Shown piece after piece: positions 17,434-27,824 of a stretch of 39,739 nt of DNA. The notes beneath the pieces were generated by a model that ran no database searches, was not told the DNA's origin, and was given only the letters and a program-made list of their open reading frames with translations. Every line of letters begins with the position of its first letter. Position 1 is the stretch's first letter. The stretch lies in the IMG/VR virus record IMGVR_UViG_3300044477_000051, positions 1 through 39,739 of that record; one strand, given 5' to 3'. Made by a program: the position numbers and the translations under genes. This stretch comes from a virus (taxonomy: Duplodnaviria > Caudoviricetes).

Positions 17434-18342
17434 ATGGCTTACGATCCTTTTAATATTATGGCAGGCTATAACAACCTTATGCAATCTGATTTTATGCAAG
17501 GCCTAGGTCAAGTAGGGCAGAATATCAATAACGCTACAGCTCAAGCCGGTAACTGGCTCGGTCAACAATTAGGACTTGTGGCTTCTCCTGAAGAAGCTGC
17601 CTACCAAAATTGGTTAAGCAGTGGTGCTCAACGAGCCGCCTCGGGCGACTACTATGATACCGTTACTCGACCTGAAGACTATCAAAATATAAATGCGCAG
17701 GCAACAAATACCGCCACTCAAGCTCTTACTGGAGCGTTGGGTAACGCAAATAACTTCATTAATCAGATGCTTCAAGATGGTACAGCCTACGACGTAAATC
17801 AGTTCTATCAAAGAACTGCGCCCACAATCACAAACTATGTTCAGGGTGCTCTTTCGCCTCTTGAACAATCTGCTAGAGAACGAATGGCTCGTGTTGGTGG
17901 AGAGACAATTAATCAGACTGCCGATGAGTTTGCAGGTCTTGGTTCCCTCTACAGTGGAGCAACCAGAAGAACTGCCGCTGATCGAGTAGCCAATTATAAT
18001 GCTCAGACAATGGAAGCTCTCCAGAATACCCAGGCCGGAATGCTCCAAAGCCTCATTAACTCAGGACTTTCTGCCGATCAAGCAGGCCGCTTAACAGCAG
18101 CTCAACTTGCAGGACAAGGTCAAAGTCAAGCACTCTCAGGTCTTACTCAGCTCGGCGAACAAAGCTATGTTGCACCCACAATGGCGATGAATCCTCAAGT
18201 TCAAGCTTGGCTTAACGCAAACAGCGGAACTCAACAAACTGGTGGTGGGTTCGATTGGATGAAAGCTATAGGCGGTGGACTAGCTGGACTTCCTGGCGGC
18301 CCTGCTGGAGTTGTTACCGGACTGGCTACCGGTATAGGCTAA
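17434..18342 (+). CDS. Putative ejection (internal virion) protein 1
   Basis: Q/A/N/G-rich helical sequence with a Gly-rich hydrophobic C-terminus; first of three size-ascending genes after the nozzle. Confidence 0.65.
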   Translation: MAYDPFNIMAGYNNLMQSDFMQGLGQVGQNINNATAQAGNWLGQQLGLVASPEEAAYQNWLSSGAQRAASGDYYDTVTRPEDYQNINAQATNTATQALTGALGNANNFINQMLQDGTAYDVNQFYQRTAPTITNYVQGALSPLEQSARERMARVGGETINQTADEFAGLGSLYSGATRRTAADRVANYNAQTMEALQNTQAGMLQSLINSGLSADQAGRLTAAQLAGQGQSQALSGLTQLGEQSYVAPTMAMNPQVQAWLNANSGTQQTGGGFDWMKAIGGGLAGLPGGPAGVVTGLATGIG

Positions 18343-18352
18343 GGAGATAAAT

Positions 18353-20407
18353 ATGGCAACAGTAAGTGGTGGTGGATTTGTAGGGCCGTCTGCGGCTGAA
18401 GCAGTACAGGCAGGAGCAAGACAAGCTCTTGCTCAAAAACAATTCGAGCAAGATAAGAAAGCTCAAGAATATGCGGCCCTTAAAGCCTCAGTCGATGCTG
18501 AAGTTGCCTCTCAATATCAAGGCGACTATGCTAGATGGCTTAACGCCTCTCCAAACAACATTATTAAACAGCAACAGCTTGCCTCATTTCAGATGGGTGG
18601 AAACCCTATAGCTGCTGCTTTATCAGCTTCTATGGATGCAGGTTCCTTCGGTAACACTCCAATGCAACAGACAGTAGAACAAGCCAAAGCTCAAGCCTAC
18701 TGGGATTATGCAAACGGCTTGATCGCTCCTGTAGAAAATACTAAACAACCCTCTGGTACTACAAGAACTAGACCTCAGCCAACTCCAGCTCCAGTTACTC
18801 CAACAGATACTGGAGCAAAAGTCTCTCTTGATCTTCAAGCCCCACTTGAAAATGCAGGAATTTCGACAGTTCCTTCAGAAGCAGCCGCCTCAGTAAATAA
18901 AGCTCTTGCAACACTTACTTCTCAGTCAGGCAAACAGTTAAACAATTCCGATATGAACATTTTAATCGCAAATGCGGCCAAAGAAATTGCTGATCCAACT
19001 GCAAAATCGACTTTTGTTAAAACAGCTATGAAAGCTTTTACCCAAGATCCGGTAACAGGAAACTGGGTTGCTCCTTCTCCACAGTCAATTAATCAAACAG
19101 ATTATCTTGGTGGTCAATCAACTCTTTCCGCAGCCTCTCAAATGTCTTCAGAGCTTGGCCCAATTACCGGAGTCAGTCCATTACTCAAAAAAGTAGAAAA
19201 CTACTTCGTCGATAAAGACGGTAAAGTAGATCCGGCTCTTCAGGTAAAGTTCTTTAGAGACACTGGAAAGTTCGAACCTAAACCTCAGCCAGCAGGAAGC
19301 ACTCTTACTCAAGAACAGTGGGAAGCTGACCCAATGAATTGGGTTGCTAAACAAGGTGAAAAGAAATTTGAAGGAGACATTATCACCGATGCAAACGGCA
19401 GATACGCTGGCCTTAAAGTAGATAAAGCTTCAAAAGATACGCCAACTCTTCAATCCAAAGTAACTGAGACTCTTCTTCCACCTGCGCAAAAAGCAGTGGA
19501 GGAATCAAAGAAAGACCCAACTAACGTAGGTAAAAAAGCTATTGCGGCGAAAAAGGTAACAAACTTTTACTCCTCATCTTGGGCCGCAACAGAAAAGGGA
19601 AAGAAATCCTACAGCCCAAACAAATACCTCAAGCCCTCAAACGTGGCTGACGTAATGAACAACCTCGATAACATCGACCAGAACACCGACTGGCGCAAAT
19701 CAGGCTTCATTGCCTCGAACGGTCAACCAATGGAACTAGTCCTAGCTGCCGACCGCATCGCTGTAGAGAAAATGAAAAACGACACCGACCTAAAGAAGCT
19801 GGCTGAAGATGCTCGTCAAGCAGACCAGTCAAACGCCACTTCAAACCGATGGGCCTCAATAGAAGAACAACGCCTCGCAAACACCCAAAACGGCGGTTCA
19901 CTAGTTCTCGGAAACAATATGCAAAAACAATCCGAAGAAGCAAACAAACTCCTTGACGATCAGTGGAAAATCTACTCCCAAGGTGTAAAGAACCTCATGT
20001 CCACAACAAAGACAACTTGGCAAGAAACACTAAAACCAGTGGCCGGAAAATCTGCTAAAGAAATAGAAGCTTACATGCAGAAAACTCTTGGCTACCCCAC
20101 TTACGATAAGTATTATGCCAGTCAATTTGCAAAAAATAAATACGATATTCAGGAAGCAGAGATAAAGAAATCTCTTGCAGCTTTAATGGCCAATCAAGGT
20201 CTTTCAAAAGAGCAAATAGATAAAGCTGTAAAAGAAACTATGGACGCTGCATTTGCAGTCGGAAGCCCAGGATCTACAACTACCGGAACTCCTGGTACTA
20301 ATCCTCTTGATATGGGTGGTTACTCGTATCAGAATCCGCCACCTGCTTCAACGACAACAACACCTACTGACAAGAAACCGATACCTGAAGGAAAAACCCT
20401 TCGTTAA
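18353..20407 (+). CDS. Putative ejection (internal virion) protein 2
   Basis: 684 aa, A/Q/K-rich helical, synteny. Confidence 0.6.
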   Translation: MATVSGGGFVGPSAAEAVQAGARQALAQKQFEQDKKAQEYAALKASVDAEVASQYQGDYARWLNASPNNIIKQQQLASFQMGGNPIAAALSASMDAGSFGNTPMQQTVEQAKAQAYWDYANGLIAPVENTKQPSGTTRTRPQPTPAPVTPTDTGAKVSLDLQAPLENAGISTVPSEAAASVNKALATLTSQSGKQLNNSDMNILIANAAKEIADPTAKSTFVKTAMKAFTQDPVTGNWVAPSPQSINQTDYLGGQSTLSAASQMSSELGPITGVSPLLKKVENYFVDKDGKVDPALQVKFFRDTGKFEPKPQPAGSTLTQEQWEADPMNWVAKQGEKKFEGDIITDANGRYAGLKVDKASKDTPTLQSKVTETLLPPAQKAVEESKKDPTNVGKKAIAAKKVTNFYSSSWAATEKGKKSYSPNKYLKPSNVADVMNNLDNIDQNTDWRKSGFIASNGQPMELVLAADRIAVEKMKNDTDLKKLAEDARQADQSNATSNRWASIEEQRLANTQNGGSLVLGNNMQKQSEEANKLLDDQWKIYSQGVKNLMSTTKTTWQETLKPVAGKSAKEIEAYMQKTLGYPTYDKYYASQFAKNKYDIQEAEIKKSLAALMANQGLSKEQIDKAVKETMDAAFAVGSPGSTTTGTPGTNPLDMGGYSYQNPPPASTTTTPTDKKPIPEGKTLR

Positions 20408-20415
20408 TTGCGCAA

Positions 20416-20454
20416 AGGGAGGGCTTGCCTAAACGCAAGTCTTCCCTCTATACT
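20416..20454 (+). promoter_or_regulatory. Hairpin overlapping a possible promoter for the largest gene
   Basis: AGGGAGGGCTTGC/GCAAGTCTTCCCT stem; TTGCCT (20425)-18bp-TATACT (20449). Confidence 0.4.
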
Positions 20455-20477
20455 TCCAATTATTATTGGAGGTACGT

Positions 20478-23400
20478 ATGAACCCGGAACTTAAAGCTTA
20501 TCTTGATTGGGAAAATACAGACGACTTCAGAAAGCTATCCTACGCCGAACAACTACAAACACGAGATACATTCTTTAAAGAATACGCTGCAAAAAACAAC
20601 CTGCTTGGGGGAGGGTATAGCGAAGACCAGCTCTCCACCTTCTACAACCAGCTCGTTATGAGACCCGGCAAGAATCAAAATCCGGCTTTCGATGATGCCC
20701 AAAACCAATTAATGAATAACTTCGTAAATCCAAACATCGCAGCCCTTCAAGGCACAATAAAGAATACGGCCGAAAACGATCCTGAAATTGCAAAGATGGA
20801 AGAAAGATTCCGAATAGACTTGGGCCAAATGTACCCTGATCTATCTCCTGAAGAAATCGAACTTAAAGTAAAAGACAACATGGCCCTTTATCAAGAGCAA
20901 GGGGCCGATAGCATAATAAAAAATCTATCATCTCTTGCAACATTATCTGGCCAATACTCCGGCCTTGGTGTTATGCAAAAACTCCAGAACATGCTTCCAA
21001 TAGACGATACAATTCTAACTCCTCTTGTAGGCTCGGGTAAAAACCAAGACTACATCTACTCCACCGACTTTAAGAAAACCCTCGACTACATCGACCAAAT
21101 GGTAGCGAACGAAAAGAGTAAAGGCCGAACATTTTACTCTGCTGATATGTCCGACTACTACTCTCTTTCAAAAACCGTAAACCAAGTCCTCATGTCTGTT
21201 GTAACTTCCCCCGGAATGAGTGCTCTTGAAGAAGGCTCTCGCTCCCTCATCCTAAACTCACTCGGTAGTATGGCCCTAAACCCTGTTGCTGATAAAGCCC
21301 TTGTTCAGTTCCTTCCAAATGTAATTCGCGCTTCAGCAGAAGCCGCAGGATGGACAGCTTCCGACTACATGGAAAAAATTACTTCAACTCCAAATTTCGA
21401 CATCTCAAGCATTCTTGCAGATGCTCCAACAATAGCAAAGACCTTTGGCGAATACGCCCTCATGGATTACATAATTGGTGGCGTAACCGGCACCATAGCT
21501 CCAGCAGCCCTTGCCTCAGGTAAAACCGCAGCTCTCGGCTTAGTCGGAAAGAACGTCTACGACAACAAAGCCATGCAAACTCTAATGAGTGCGACTGACA
21601 TCAACGATCTCATCACCAAGTTCGACTCATTCTCTCCCGAACTTAAAGCAACACTCCCTGCTTACCAACAGCACTACATGCAATCAATCAAAGAAATAAA
21701 TGCCATTAAGAAACTTCCTCCTGAAGTAATCAAGGCAGACCCCTTATCAGAAATACGCCTTGCCACTGACCTTCAAGGTTTCTCAAACACAATCGAAAAC
21801 GGAACATTCCAACTTCGAGCTAAAGCCTCACCCGATCAATACGCTCGTCAAATAGACTCCTTACCAGGCCTCTATCAAGCTATGGCCGACCATCAAGGCG
21901 CAATCCTCTCTAACATTGAAAAGAGCTACGATGCCCAGATAAAGACAGTACCAAAGCCTCTTGTAGATGCTCCTGAAGTTGGCTTCAAATCCCTTCAAGA
22001 ATCCTACCCCTCAATCACAACCATCAAAGGAATGCAGGATGCAGCAGACCAACTCTTCGACATCACCAAGAAAGAAATCTCAAGTTCTCCTTTAACAACC
22101 TACAAGAACTTACCTTCAATTTCAGGCCGTCCAATCGTCTACGGAGACGAACTCCCCATCCTTGAACAAGTAGCAAAATCAAACGACTACAAACTATACC
22201 GTGTTGATGCCCTCCCCCAAAAGGGTCAGGATTTCTCCTACGGAACAACAGCCGCTCAAATAAACCCGGACGGCAAATATCTGTTTCCTGCAAAGTCAAC
22301 AGCTCCTGTCGAACTCTACGAGCAAACAAAACAATTCTTTACTGACATGCAGCAAAAAGGACTTATCGCCCCCACCTCAATCGACGAGCTATCAAAAGCT
22401 GACCTACTTCGCAAAGGCTTTGACTCCATTGACATGGGAAACGGCAACATAGAAATACTCCTAGCAAACAAAATTAAACGAGTGACAACCCTCAAGCAAT
22501 CGGTAAAAGAAGTCGAGTCCTTTCAGAACTTTTCAAACCTCGCTAAAGACCCCACTTCAAAACTCCCCGATTTCAACGCAACAGTTAAACGCACCTTCAG
22601 CGAAACCTTCAAACCTGAACAACTCACAAAGTCCGATACAGCCCTTATGAACGCTCTATCAGCTATCGCTAGAGAACCAAACCAGCCAGTCCTAAAGACC
22701 CTAACAGAGTCCTACCTCAAGAATAAAACAGGAGCTACCTTCAACGTCAAGCTCACATCCTCTGGCAACAAATACGGCTTCAATCTCATGTTCAAAGACG
22801 GCAACAACATTGAACTCCGGCTTCCCGCAGCCACCTCCTCCATCGAGGGAAAAGTAAACTTTGTCAAATCCTACTTCAATCAACTCAAGAAAGTCCTCGA
22901 TGACACTGGAGTACCCAACAAAATTGACACCTCAGTCAACATCGAACACCTCATGCTCAATGTAGAAAAAGGCTTTAACATTCCTCTCGGCCAAAAGACC
23001 AAAGCCTCCTGGTTTAGAACCGCCTTTAAACAAGTCTACGGTACAGAGCCGATCATCGAAAAAGGAGCCGTTCAAGTAATGGCCGCAGGAGAAAAGCGAG
23101 TCTTTACTTCAGTCGACGATGCCATCTCTTGGTTCGGCAAAAACTCTTTTTCACCTGAACAACTCCAGACTGCCCTCCGTGATGAAGGCTTCCGAGTTTA
23201 CAGAGCAAATTCAAACTGGGTAGTCCAATCAGTCGGTACTTCAAAAACTAAAGTAGCCAGTGGCCCCTCACTCTCAGACATCGCCAATCAAATGGGTTGG
23301 GAGCCTACCAAACTCCCTGCTTCCCTCGCTCCCCGTGAAATGTACATCTTTGCAGACGACGCCATCGAAGTCCAAGTAACGGACAAAGCTATGTACGGAA

Positions 23401-26039
23401 CCCTCCAAGAAACTCAACAGTTCTTCAATCAGTTCCAAGACTACACAAAAATCGGCGCTGCTAAAGAAGCAGTTATCACACCAACAGGAAGAATCTATGG
23501 CTTCTCAAACACTCGATTTACCGTTCAGTCCGACATACTTGCCCATGAGTTCAGCGTTGCCTCCAAAACTGAAGCAGAAGAACTACTTCGAGCTATTGAA
23601 ACCCAGAGCGTTAAAGACGCCACTCTTCAATCTATCTCCCGCGATAAAGGCATTTTTATCTGGAGAAATGGCAACGAATATCATATTAACGATGGAACCG
23701 GAAACATCAAAACATTCAATAACCAGCAAACTCTCTTTGACCATATTCGAGAAAACCCTACTCCTACCGGAGCACCTGATCTCTTCGATACTCGAACAAT
23801 GCAAATCCTAGACCCAATCTTCTCAGCCAAAGGTATCACCCACGACTGGGTTCAAAAACAATCTCTCCTCACAATTCCCGAATCCACATTCGAGAACACA
23901 ATCGACCAACTCGGCGGCTATGCAGCAATCTCCCGTATTGCAGTCCCCCGTACAAATTGGCTCGAAGATGCCTTCAAAACAATCAATCTACCTGAAGGCG
24001 CTCAAATAATCGAACGCATTAAAGCAGGTAAGGATGCAGCCGCAGCCTACTCAGGCCCCATTCAACACCAAATCGACGCAGTATTCAAGAAAGTCTCAAA
24101 GGAACGTCAAGAAGGACTCTACTACTACATCACAGGTGAAATCCCTGAACCCGGCAAATCCTACTTAAAGAAAGCAACACCAGAGGAACTCCAGAAAATA
24201 ATAACTGATTACAAACTTACACCGGAAGACATCAACACTCGCATCCCCGCCATTAAAGCAATCCTTGGTAACGATCCACAATCCGGTCTCTTCGCACTCA
24301 CCGGCAACGACACCTCAAAGTTTCTAACCGACTATCTTCCCCGTCTAAAAGACAAAGGCTATCGTGACGGTTGGGATCAATTCTCAGATCTCACACCAGA
24401 AGACATCCTCAGTACAACAAACTTCGCCTCTTCAATGGACGCAGCTCAGGTAAAAGCTTTCTTCAAAAATTCCCGTACAAGCGAACTTGCTACAATATCC
24501 ACAAGCACAAACCTCTACCACGTCCTCACCTACTATAACAAAAAAACCGCAGATATGTTCTTCCTTAACGGCCCACTCGAAGAACTAAACACCCTCCAAA
24601 AGCGTATCGCTGAATCTCAAACAATCCGAGTCGGCGCAGACGGCAAACCTAAAGGCTTTGCTCCCGGTATGCTCAACACCAAACTAAACGAGTTTAAAGA
24701 ACTCATCACTGGAATGAATAGCAATGGAGAAGAAGTTATCAGTAAAGGAGTTCACGACCTATTCTTCTCAATTACAAAGAACGAAAAACTCTCCCGTGCA
24801 GTAGCAGAAAACTTTTTACCAAAAATCTATGAAGCATCTTACTTCACTTCAATGGCCCTCAAACCCTCTCTAGTAATTCGTAACACACTCCAACCCCTTC
24901 AGACCGCAACTCCATTTCTCGGCTTAGATGCAATCACACACGGCTACAAAACAGTCCTCTCAAAAAACTGTGACGACATCTTTGATGAAATGAGAAAAGC
25001 TGCCGTAATCGCAGACCGTGCGCAATACCTCGATAACTTCGATACTCCCGTCTCAAGCGCCTACCGCAAAGTAGTTGACTTCGGTATGCAGGGCTTCAAG
25101 AACTCAGACGACATATCTCGCGCAGTAACATGGATTGCAGCAAAGAAGAAATTCTCTGATGGCATTGAACGCCTCGGCAAAATGCCAAAGACAGCAGCCG
25201 ATTGGATTCCTTTCTTCCAATACACCAACTCAAACATGCTCTCCCAAGGCTTTGCTCAACGCCAGCTAAAGCTCCTTCAATCCGGCGACATCAAATCAGC
25301 TCAACTTCTCTACGCTCGTGAGATGGTAAACACAACAATGTTTCGCTACGCTAACTGGAACTCACCCTTCGGTAGAACCTGGATAGGCAAGCTCTTCGGA
25401 CAATTCGGCTCCTACTCAGCTTCCTACATCCAAATGGTTAAGCAAACCCTCGGTGGCTTTAACCCCACCAAGTACGCTCACCTAGACCCAGTAACCCGCA
25501 AACTATTTGCCCCTACAATGGCCCAATCACTTACGGCCATAACTTCTTTGGCAGCAAACAGCATGGCCCTTATGTCAACCTTCGAGTTCCTACGAACTCG
25601 TGGAGACAACTTCAACCCAATCTCTCCAATGTACTTTAACGGCGGGGTAATGTATAAATTCGCAGTCAATGCTCTCGGCCTTGCCTCTCAAGTAGGCGGC
25701 TTTAATGCACCACTCTTCAACCAACAACTATCTCAGCTTACAAAAGACATCTCACCCTATCAAGCCAAAGCCTATGCGAACTCCTACAAATTAAAGTGGG
25801 GAATGTATAACTATCCGAACCTCTACCCTGGTTCAGCTCAAGTGCGCTCGATAACTAAGTTTGCTGATGGAATAGCTTCAGGAGACTTTTCCGGGGCGCT
25901 TTTATCCCTAAGTGGATTCTCTGTGCTTCCAGCCGATCAATTTGGACGGTTAAATATACCTTTTCTCCCGTCAGACGATCCGCTTGTAAACTCAGTTCTG
26001 CCGGAGCATCTGAAGACCACTTTAGACTCTTCAGATTAA
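20478..26039 (+). CDS. Large ejection/internal virion protein (~1850 aa)
   Basis: GGAGG RBS before ATG 20478; C-terminal 'SLVIRNTLQ..D..SRA..W...TMFRY....P....GKLFGQF.SY' block typical of large podovirus ejection proteins; no catalytic motif recognised. Confidence 0.7.
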   Translation: MNPELKAYLDWENTDDFRKLSYAEQLQTRDTFFKEYAAKNNLLGGGYSEDQLSTFYNQLVMRPGKNQNPAFDDAQNQLMNNFVNPNIAALQGTIKNTAENDPEIAKMEERFRIDLGQMYPDLSPEEIELKVKDNMALYQEQGADSIIKNLSSLATLSGQYSGLGVMQKLQNMLPIDDTILTPLVGSGKNQDYIYSTDFKKTLDYIDQMVANEKSKGRTFYSADMSDYYSLSKTVNQVLMSVVTSPGMSALEEGSRSLILNSLGSMALNPVADKALVQFLPNVIRASAEAAGWTASDYMEKITSTPNFDISSILADAPTIAKTFGEYALMDYIIGGVTGTIAPAALASGKTAALGLVGKNVYDNKAMQTLMSATDINDLITKFDSFSPELKATLPAYQQHYMQSIKEINAIKKLPPEVIKADPLSEIRLATDLQGFSNTIENGTFQLRAKASPDQYARQIDSLPGLYQAMADHQGAILSNIEKSYDAQIKTVPKPLVDAPEVGFKSLQESYPSITTIKGMQDAADQLFDITKKEISSSPLTTYKNLPSISGRPIVYGDELPILEQVAKSNDYKLYRVDALPQKGQDFSYGTTAAQINPDGKYLFPAKSTAPVELYEQTKQFFTDMQQKGLIAPTSIDELSKADLLRKGFDSIDMGNGNIEILLANKIKRVTTLKQSVKEVESFQNFSNLAKDPTSKLPDFNATVKRTFSETFKPEQLTKSDTALMNALSAIAREPNQPVLKTLTESYLKNKTGATFNVKLTSSGNKYGFNLMFKDGNNIELRLPAATSSIEGKVNFVKSYFNQLKKVLDDTGVPNKIDTSVNIEHLMLNVEKGFNIPLGQKTKASWFRTAFKQVYGTEPIIEKGAVQVMAAGEKRVFTSVDDAISWFGKNSFSPEQLQTALRDEGFRVYRANSNWVVQSVGTSKTKVASGPSLSDIANQMGWEPTKLPASLAPREMYIFADDAIEVQVTDKAMYGTLQETQQFFNQFQDYTKIGAAKEAVITPTGRIYGFSNTRFTVQSDILAHEFSVASKTEAEELLRAIETQSVKDATLQSISRDKGIFIWRNGNEYHINDGTGNIKTFNNQQTLFDHIRENPTPTGAPDLFDTRTMQILDPIFSAKGITHDWVQKQSLLTIPESTFENTIDQLGGYAAISRIAVPRTNWLEDAFKTINLPEGAQIIERIKAGKDAAAAYSGPIQHQIDAVFKKVSKERQEGLYYYITGEIPEPGKSYLKKATPEELQKIITDYKLTPEDINTRIPAIKAILGNDPQSGLFALTGNDTSKFLTDYLPRLKDKGYRDGWDQFSDLTPEDILSTTNFASSMDAAQVKAFFKNSRTSELATISTSTNLYHVLTYYNKKTADMFFLNGPLEELNTLQKRIAESQTIRVGADGKPKGFAPGMLNTKLNEFKELITGMNSNGEEVISKGVHDLFFSITKNEKLSRAVAENFLPKIYEASYFTSMALKPSLVIRNTLQPLQTATPFLGLDAITHGYKTVLSKNCDDIFDEMRKAAVIADRAQYLDNFDTPVSSAYRKVVDFGMQGFKNSDDISRAVTWIAAKKKFSDGIERLGKMPKTAADWIPFFQYTNSNMLSQGFAQRQLKLLQSGDIKSAQLLYAREMVNTTMFRYANWNSPFGRTWIGKLFGQFGSYSASYIQMVKQTLGGFNPTKYAHLDPVTRKLFAPTMAQSLTAITSLAANSMALMSTFEFLRTRGDNFNPISPMYFNGGVMYKFAVNALGLASQVGGFNAPLFNQQLSQLTKDISPYQAKAYANSYKLKWGMYNYPNLYPGSAQVRSITKFADGIASGDFSGALLSLSGFSVLPADQFGRLNIPFLPSDDPLVNSVLPEHLKTTLDSSD

Positions 26040-26385
26040 GTGTAGACGAGATATGTGGTTGACCTGTTGCATCAAAGACCACATATCTCTCCTTCCAAAA
26101 ACCAATCGCCTCAAGGTATTCCTTTCCATACTCTCTCATACGATACCTCTTCTGTTTACTATTCATATTCTTTTCTAAGCAGAGCCTCATAGGGGGAGGG
26201 ACAGCCTTAGCCCTCTCCTTAATCCCCATCTCATGGCAAAAGTGTTCAATCGTCTTATGGCTACACCCCAACTTTTTAGCAACATCCTTATACTTCATCC
26301 CGGCCTTCCTCAACACACTTACCGCCTGATAAAGCAACCCAATGTTCTCCTTCTTCAGCTTATGCCACAGCCCATCATACTTCAT
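25855..26385 (-). CDS. HTH DNA-binding protein
   Basis: 'LRKAGMKYKDVAKKLGCSHKTIEH' HTH; ATG 26385 overlaps the upstream gene end; the 3' end overlaps the convergent gene. Confidence 0.65.
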   Translation of the reverse strand: MKYDGLWHKLKKENIGLLYQAVSVLRKAGMKYKDVAKKLGCSHKTIEHFCHEMGIKERAKAVPPPMRLCLEKNMNSKQKRYRMREYGKEYLEAIGFWKERYVVFDATGQPHISSTLNLKSLKWSSDAPAELSLQADRLTGEKVYLTVQIDRLEAQRIHLGIKAPRKSLLKLFHQQT

Positions 26386-27823
26386 CTTTGCCCTTCCCGC
26401 ACCAAATATACATCTCTTTCCTATTCCTACTCGGAACCTTCCTTCCCTCATTATTTAACACAATACTAATTGAACCTTCCTGCTTCAGCTGATCCAAAAT
26501 CTTATTCAACAAGTCACTCGGAATCTTCGCCTTCAACACAAGCGAATCCCTCATAATCGCCGAACACTCCTGAATAAGCGCCTTCACTTTCTGATACTCC
26601 TGCATGAACTCTTTCTTACCAATCGTATTAATCAGCCCGCCCATCTTACTATACGTCAGCTCAATCAACCGTATCGCATCTTCCAGATCCACCAGCTCAA
26701 TCCTATCCCCACTACAATACCTTTGCGCCTTAAACGCCAACGCCACCTTCAACAGAATCTTATCCATTCTACTCTTAACACCAGCCGTCTCAGGATTCTC
26801 AGCCAAATCCATCTTAAAAATCATGTACCACTCATCATACCTCTTCTGAGCTTCCTCACTCAGCGTATGTCCGCCAACACAAGTCTTGGCAATCCAACTC
26901 ATCTTCATCCCCAACTCATCAAAACTCGGCGCCCCAACAACTTCCCTCGGCATACTCATATACTTCGTATTCCTCTCCAGAAACACAAGCGTCGTGCGGC
27001 TCAAGAAACCATCCCCCAACATATTCTCTGGCAAACTAGTCCTCAACGCTATCGGAGTAGTTGCCCCTAACAAACTTGTACAAAGCTTCCTCAAATACTT
27101 CTGACCCGCACTCTTGGTCTTAAATCCCCACTCCTCATGGGTATCAAAAATATCCAAGAAAATCTCACTCATTGTCGCACTGTACGTCGCCTTGCTAAAC
27201 AGCGTACTCAATTCACTCACATACACCAGCGCCTCGCTCGTCCGATCATACGTCAATACAAAACCATCCTCCCCCAAGACGGCCACACCCCTCTTATCCT
27301 CAATCTGCACAGTATCTCCAAGTCCACTAGTACTCGGCAACAACGTATCCAGCAGCGCCTCTGGTGTCGTCCTATCCTTAACAATCTTCAAATCCTTAAC
27401 GACCCCCATATATGGATCACTCTCCTTCAGGAAATCCACCGCTCTCCTAATCACCTCATACCAAGCATCAAGACTCGCACTTTTCTTATCCCCCGCTCCA
27501 CCTACCAAACAAACATACATATTCGGAAACAGCTTATGCGGATACCATTCAATCCACGCCTCTCTCTTCAACATACTATTAATCGAAACAATGCCAGCCC
27601 AAATCAAATAAATAACTGGAGTCTCACTACCCCGCATCGCATAAACCATCTCAGTAATCAGCCCCTCATTACTTGGCAAACACTGTTCCCCAAAGTCCTT
27701 CCCCAGACTTTCCCAAAACTTATCCTTACAATCCTTCTCACTCCTCACAGAAAACGGCAAAGAGAAAGACTTGGAGGACTGCACATCACTATCATTTTTC
27801 TTGCTGCTTTTCTTAGTTGCCAT
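26375..27823 (-). CDS. DUF3987/YfjI-like AAA+ ATPase, probable replicative helicase
   Basis: CLVGGAGDKKSAS (Walker A variant), TPEAL, YVSELSTLF (Walker B), LLGATTP, GDGFLSR; adjacent to PolA. Confidence 0.8.
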   Translation of the reverse strand: MATKKSSKKNDSDVQSSKSFSLPFSVRSEKDCKDKFWESLGKDFGEQCLPSNEGLITEMVYAMRGSETPVIYLIWAGIVSINSMLKREAWIEWYPHKLFPNMYVCLVGGAGDKKSASLDAWYEVIRRAVDFLKESDPYMGVVKDLKIVKDRTTPEALLDTLLPSTSGLGDTVQIEDKRGVAVLGEDGFVLTYDRTSEALVYVSELSTLFSKATYSATMSEIFLDIFDTHEEWGFKTKSAGQKYLRKLCTSLLGATTPIALRTSLPENMLGDGFLSRTTLVFLERNTKYMSMPREVVGAPSFDELGMKMSWIAKTCVGGHTLSEEAQKRYDEWYMIFKMDLAENPETAGVKSRMDKILLKVALAFKAQRYCSGDRIELVDLEDAIRLIELTYSKMGGLINTIGKKEFMQEYQKVKALIQECSAIMRDSLVLKAKIPSDLLNKILDQLKQEGSISIVLNNEGRKVPSRNRKEMYIWCGKGKDEV

Positions 27824-27824
27824 T

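Noticed and set aside
20478-26039. Virion RNA polymerase or lytic transglycosylase in the ~1850-aa protein
   Set aside because: No DxDGD, T7/N4-type RNAP or transglycosylase motifs recognised.
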